From a virus (taxonomy: Duplodnaviria; Heunggongvirae; Uroviricota; Caudoviricetes), in the IMG/VR virus record IMGVR_UViG_2698536392_000020: 6,443 nucleotides of DNA; one strand, 5' to 3'. Positions 5,649 to 6,443 of the stretch are shown here, piece by piece. Each line of letters opens with the position of its first letter. The stretch's first letter is position 1. The position numbers and the translations under genes are program-made. Under the pieces are notes generated by a model, which worked only from the letters and a program-made list of their open reading frames with translations, did no database searches and was not told the DNA's origin.

Positions 5649-5841
5649 GGCAAGGAATAAACAACAAAACGTGAAGTAATATTTCAGCTGGCGAATAATA
5701 TCCGACAGTAATCACTCTGCGCAATAGCGCGGCCTTTTTCGTATTGCGGGCTGTTGTCTCTCTTCTGCCATTGTCCTGTAACTTCCGGACTTCAGCCCGC
5801 TCCTCATTTTACTCACAATATTATCCCGGCCGGGAGGATTC

Positions 5842-6443
5842 ATGGCATTTAAACACTATGATGTTGTCAGGGCGGCGTCGCCGTCAGACCTTGCGGAAAA
5901 GCTGACACACAAACTGAAAGAGGGCTGGCAGCCATACGGCGGACCGGTTGCCATTACGCCGTACACACTGATGCAGGCGGTGGCTATTGAAGGAGATCCA
6001 CAGGTCGGCCCTTCATCTGAGCCGGACTGGTTCTACGTGGTTGTGCTTGCCGGACAGTCCAACGGCATGGCCTACGGTGAAGGGCTTCCGTTACCGGATT
6101 CTTACGATGCTCCGGATCCGCGCATTAAACAGCTGGCGCGCCGCAGCACGGTAACTCCGGGTGGAGAGAGTTGTACGTATAACGACATCATCCCGGCTGA
6201 CCACTGCCTGCATGATGTGCAGGATATGAGTACGCTGAATCATCCGAAGGCAGACCTGAGCAAAGGGCAGTACGGCTGTGTCGGCCAGGGCTTACATATT
6301 GCCAAAAAACTGCTTCCGTATATCCCGAATAACGCGGGGATCCTGCTGGTACCATGCTGTCGTGGTGGTTCTGCATTCACCCAGGGCGTTGAGGGGACAT
6401 TCAGTGCGGACACTGGGGCCAGCCAGGATTCGGCACGCTGGGG
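5842..6443 (+). CDS. nanS: NanS-p-like sialate 9-O-acetylesterase (N-terminal DUF1737-like region plus SGNH esterase domain), 5' partial; continues past the window end
   Basis: SD GGGAGG at 5832-5837, ATG 5842; the frame is open to the window end (200 codons). Contains GQSNGMAYGEGLPLPD...PRIKQLAR...DVQDM...ILLVPCCRGGSAF, closely resembling E. coli NanS/YjhS as remembered. Occupies the position downstream of the stx site in Stx-phage-like prophages. Confidence 0.85.
   Translation, partial: MAFKHYDVVRAASPSDLAEKLTHKLKEGWQPYGGPVAITPYTLMQAVAIEGDPQVGPSSEPDWFYVVVLAGQSNGMAYGEGLPLPDSYDAPDPRIKQLARRSTVTPGGESCTYNDIIPADHCLHDVQDMSTLNHPKADLSKGQYGCVGQGLHIAKKLLPYIPNNAGILLVPCCRGGSAFTQGVEGTFSADTGASQDSARW

Noticed and set aside
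5157-5724. ORFs overlapping the tRNA cluster and the gap (5157-5345 -, 5282-5488 -, 5304-5537 +, 5521-5724 -)
   Set aside because: They overlap tRNA genes and terminator hairpins, and their translations are Arg/Pro/Cys-rich and typical of GC-rich structured RNA regions rather than proteins.
5393-5841. Shiga toxin genes (stxA/stxB) at their usual position after argO
   Set aside because: No ORF of adequate length and no sequence resembling the stxA start is present in the interval; the site appears empty.
6188-6376. 62-aa minus-strand ORF
   Set aside because: Antisense to the NanS-p-like esterase gene, which has strong family-level support.
1-6443. CRISPR arrays, IS elements or transposases, integrase, and the lysis cassette
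   Set aside because: No spaced direct repeats, terminal inverted repeats with transposase ORFs, or holin/endolysin-like ORFs were seen; the lysis genes presumably lie beyond the right edge.

Overview
This window reads as the nin/late-regulatory segment of a lambdoid (DLP12/Qin/Stx-phage-like) enterobacterial prophage, all on the + strand. From left to right: a hok/mok type I toxin locus with its terminator, a Rem-like small ORF, a DUF968 (YdfU-like) protein, a RusA Holliday-junction resolvase, and a small Q-type late antiterminator (QuuD-like). Downstream of Q sits a visibly AT-rich cargo block (about 2773-5090, roughly 35-40% GC by eye against about 50-55% for the flanks). It carries a CPBP/CAAX-type intramembrane metalloprotease with all three catalytic motifs, a terminated short region, a small HTH-like ORF, and a YdeO/AppY/GadX-like AraC-family regulator. 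Then come three tRNA genes (Ile2-like CAU, Arg UCG, Arg UCU) with a strong terminator, a structured gap of about 450 bp with no ORF at the position where Stx phages carry stxAB, and the 5' part of a NanS-p-like esterase gene running off the right edge. The most interesting candidate is the low-GC CPBP protease / small ORF / AraC regulator module at the Q-proximal moron hotspot. All calls rest on reading the sequence and on remembered protein families; no database search was run.
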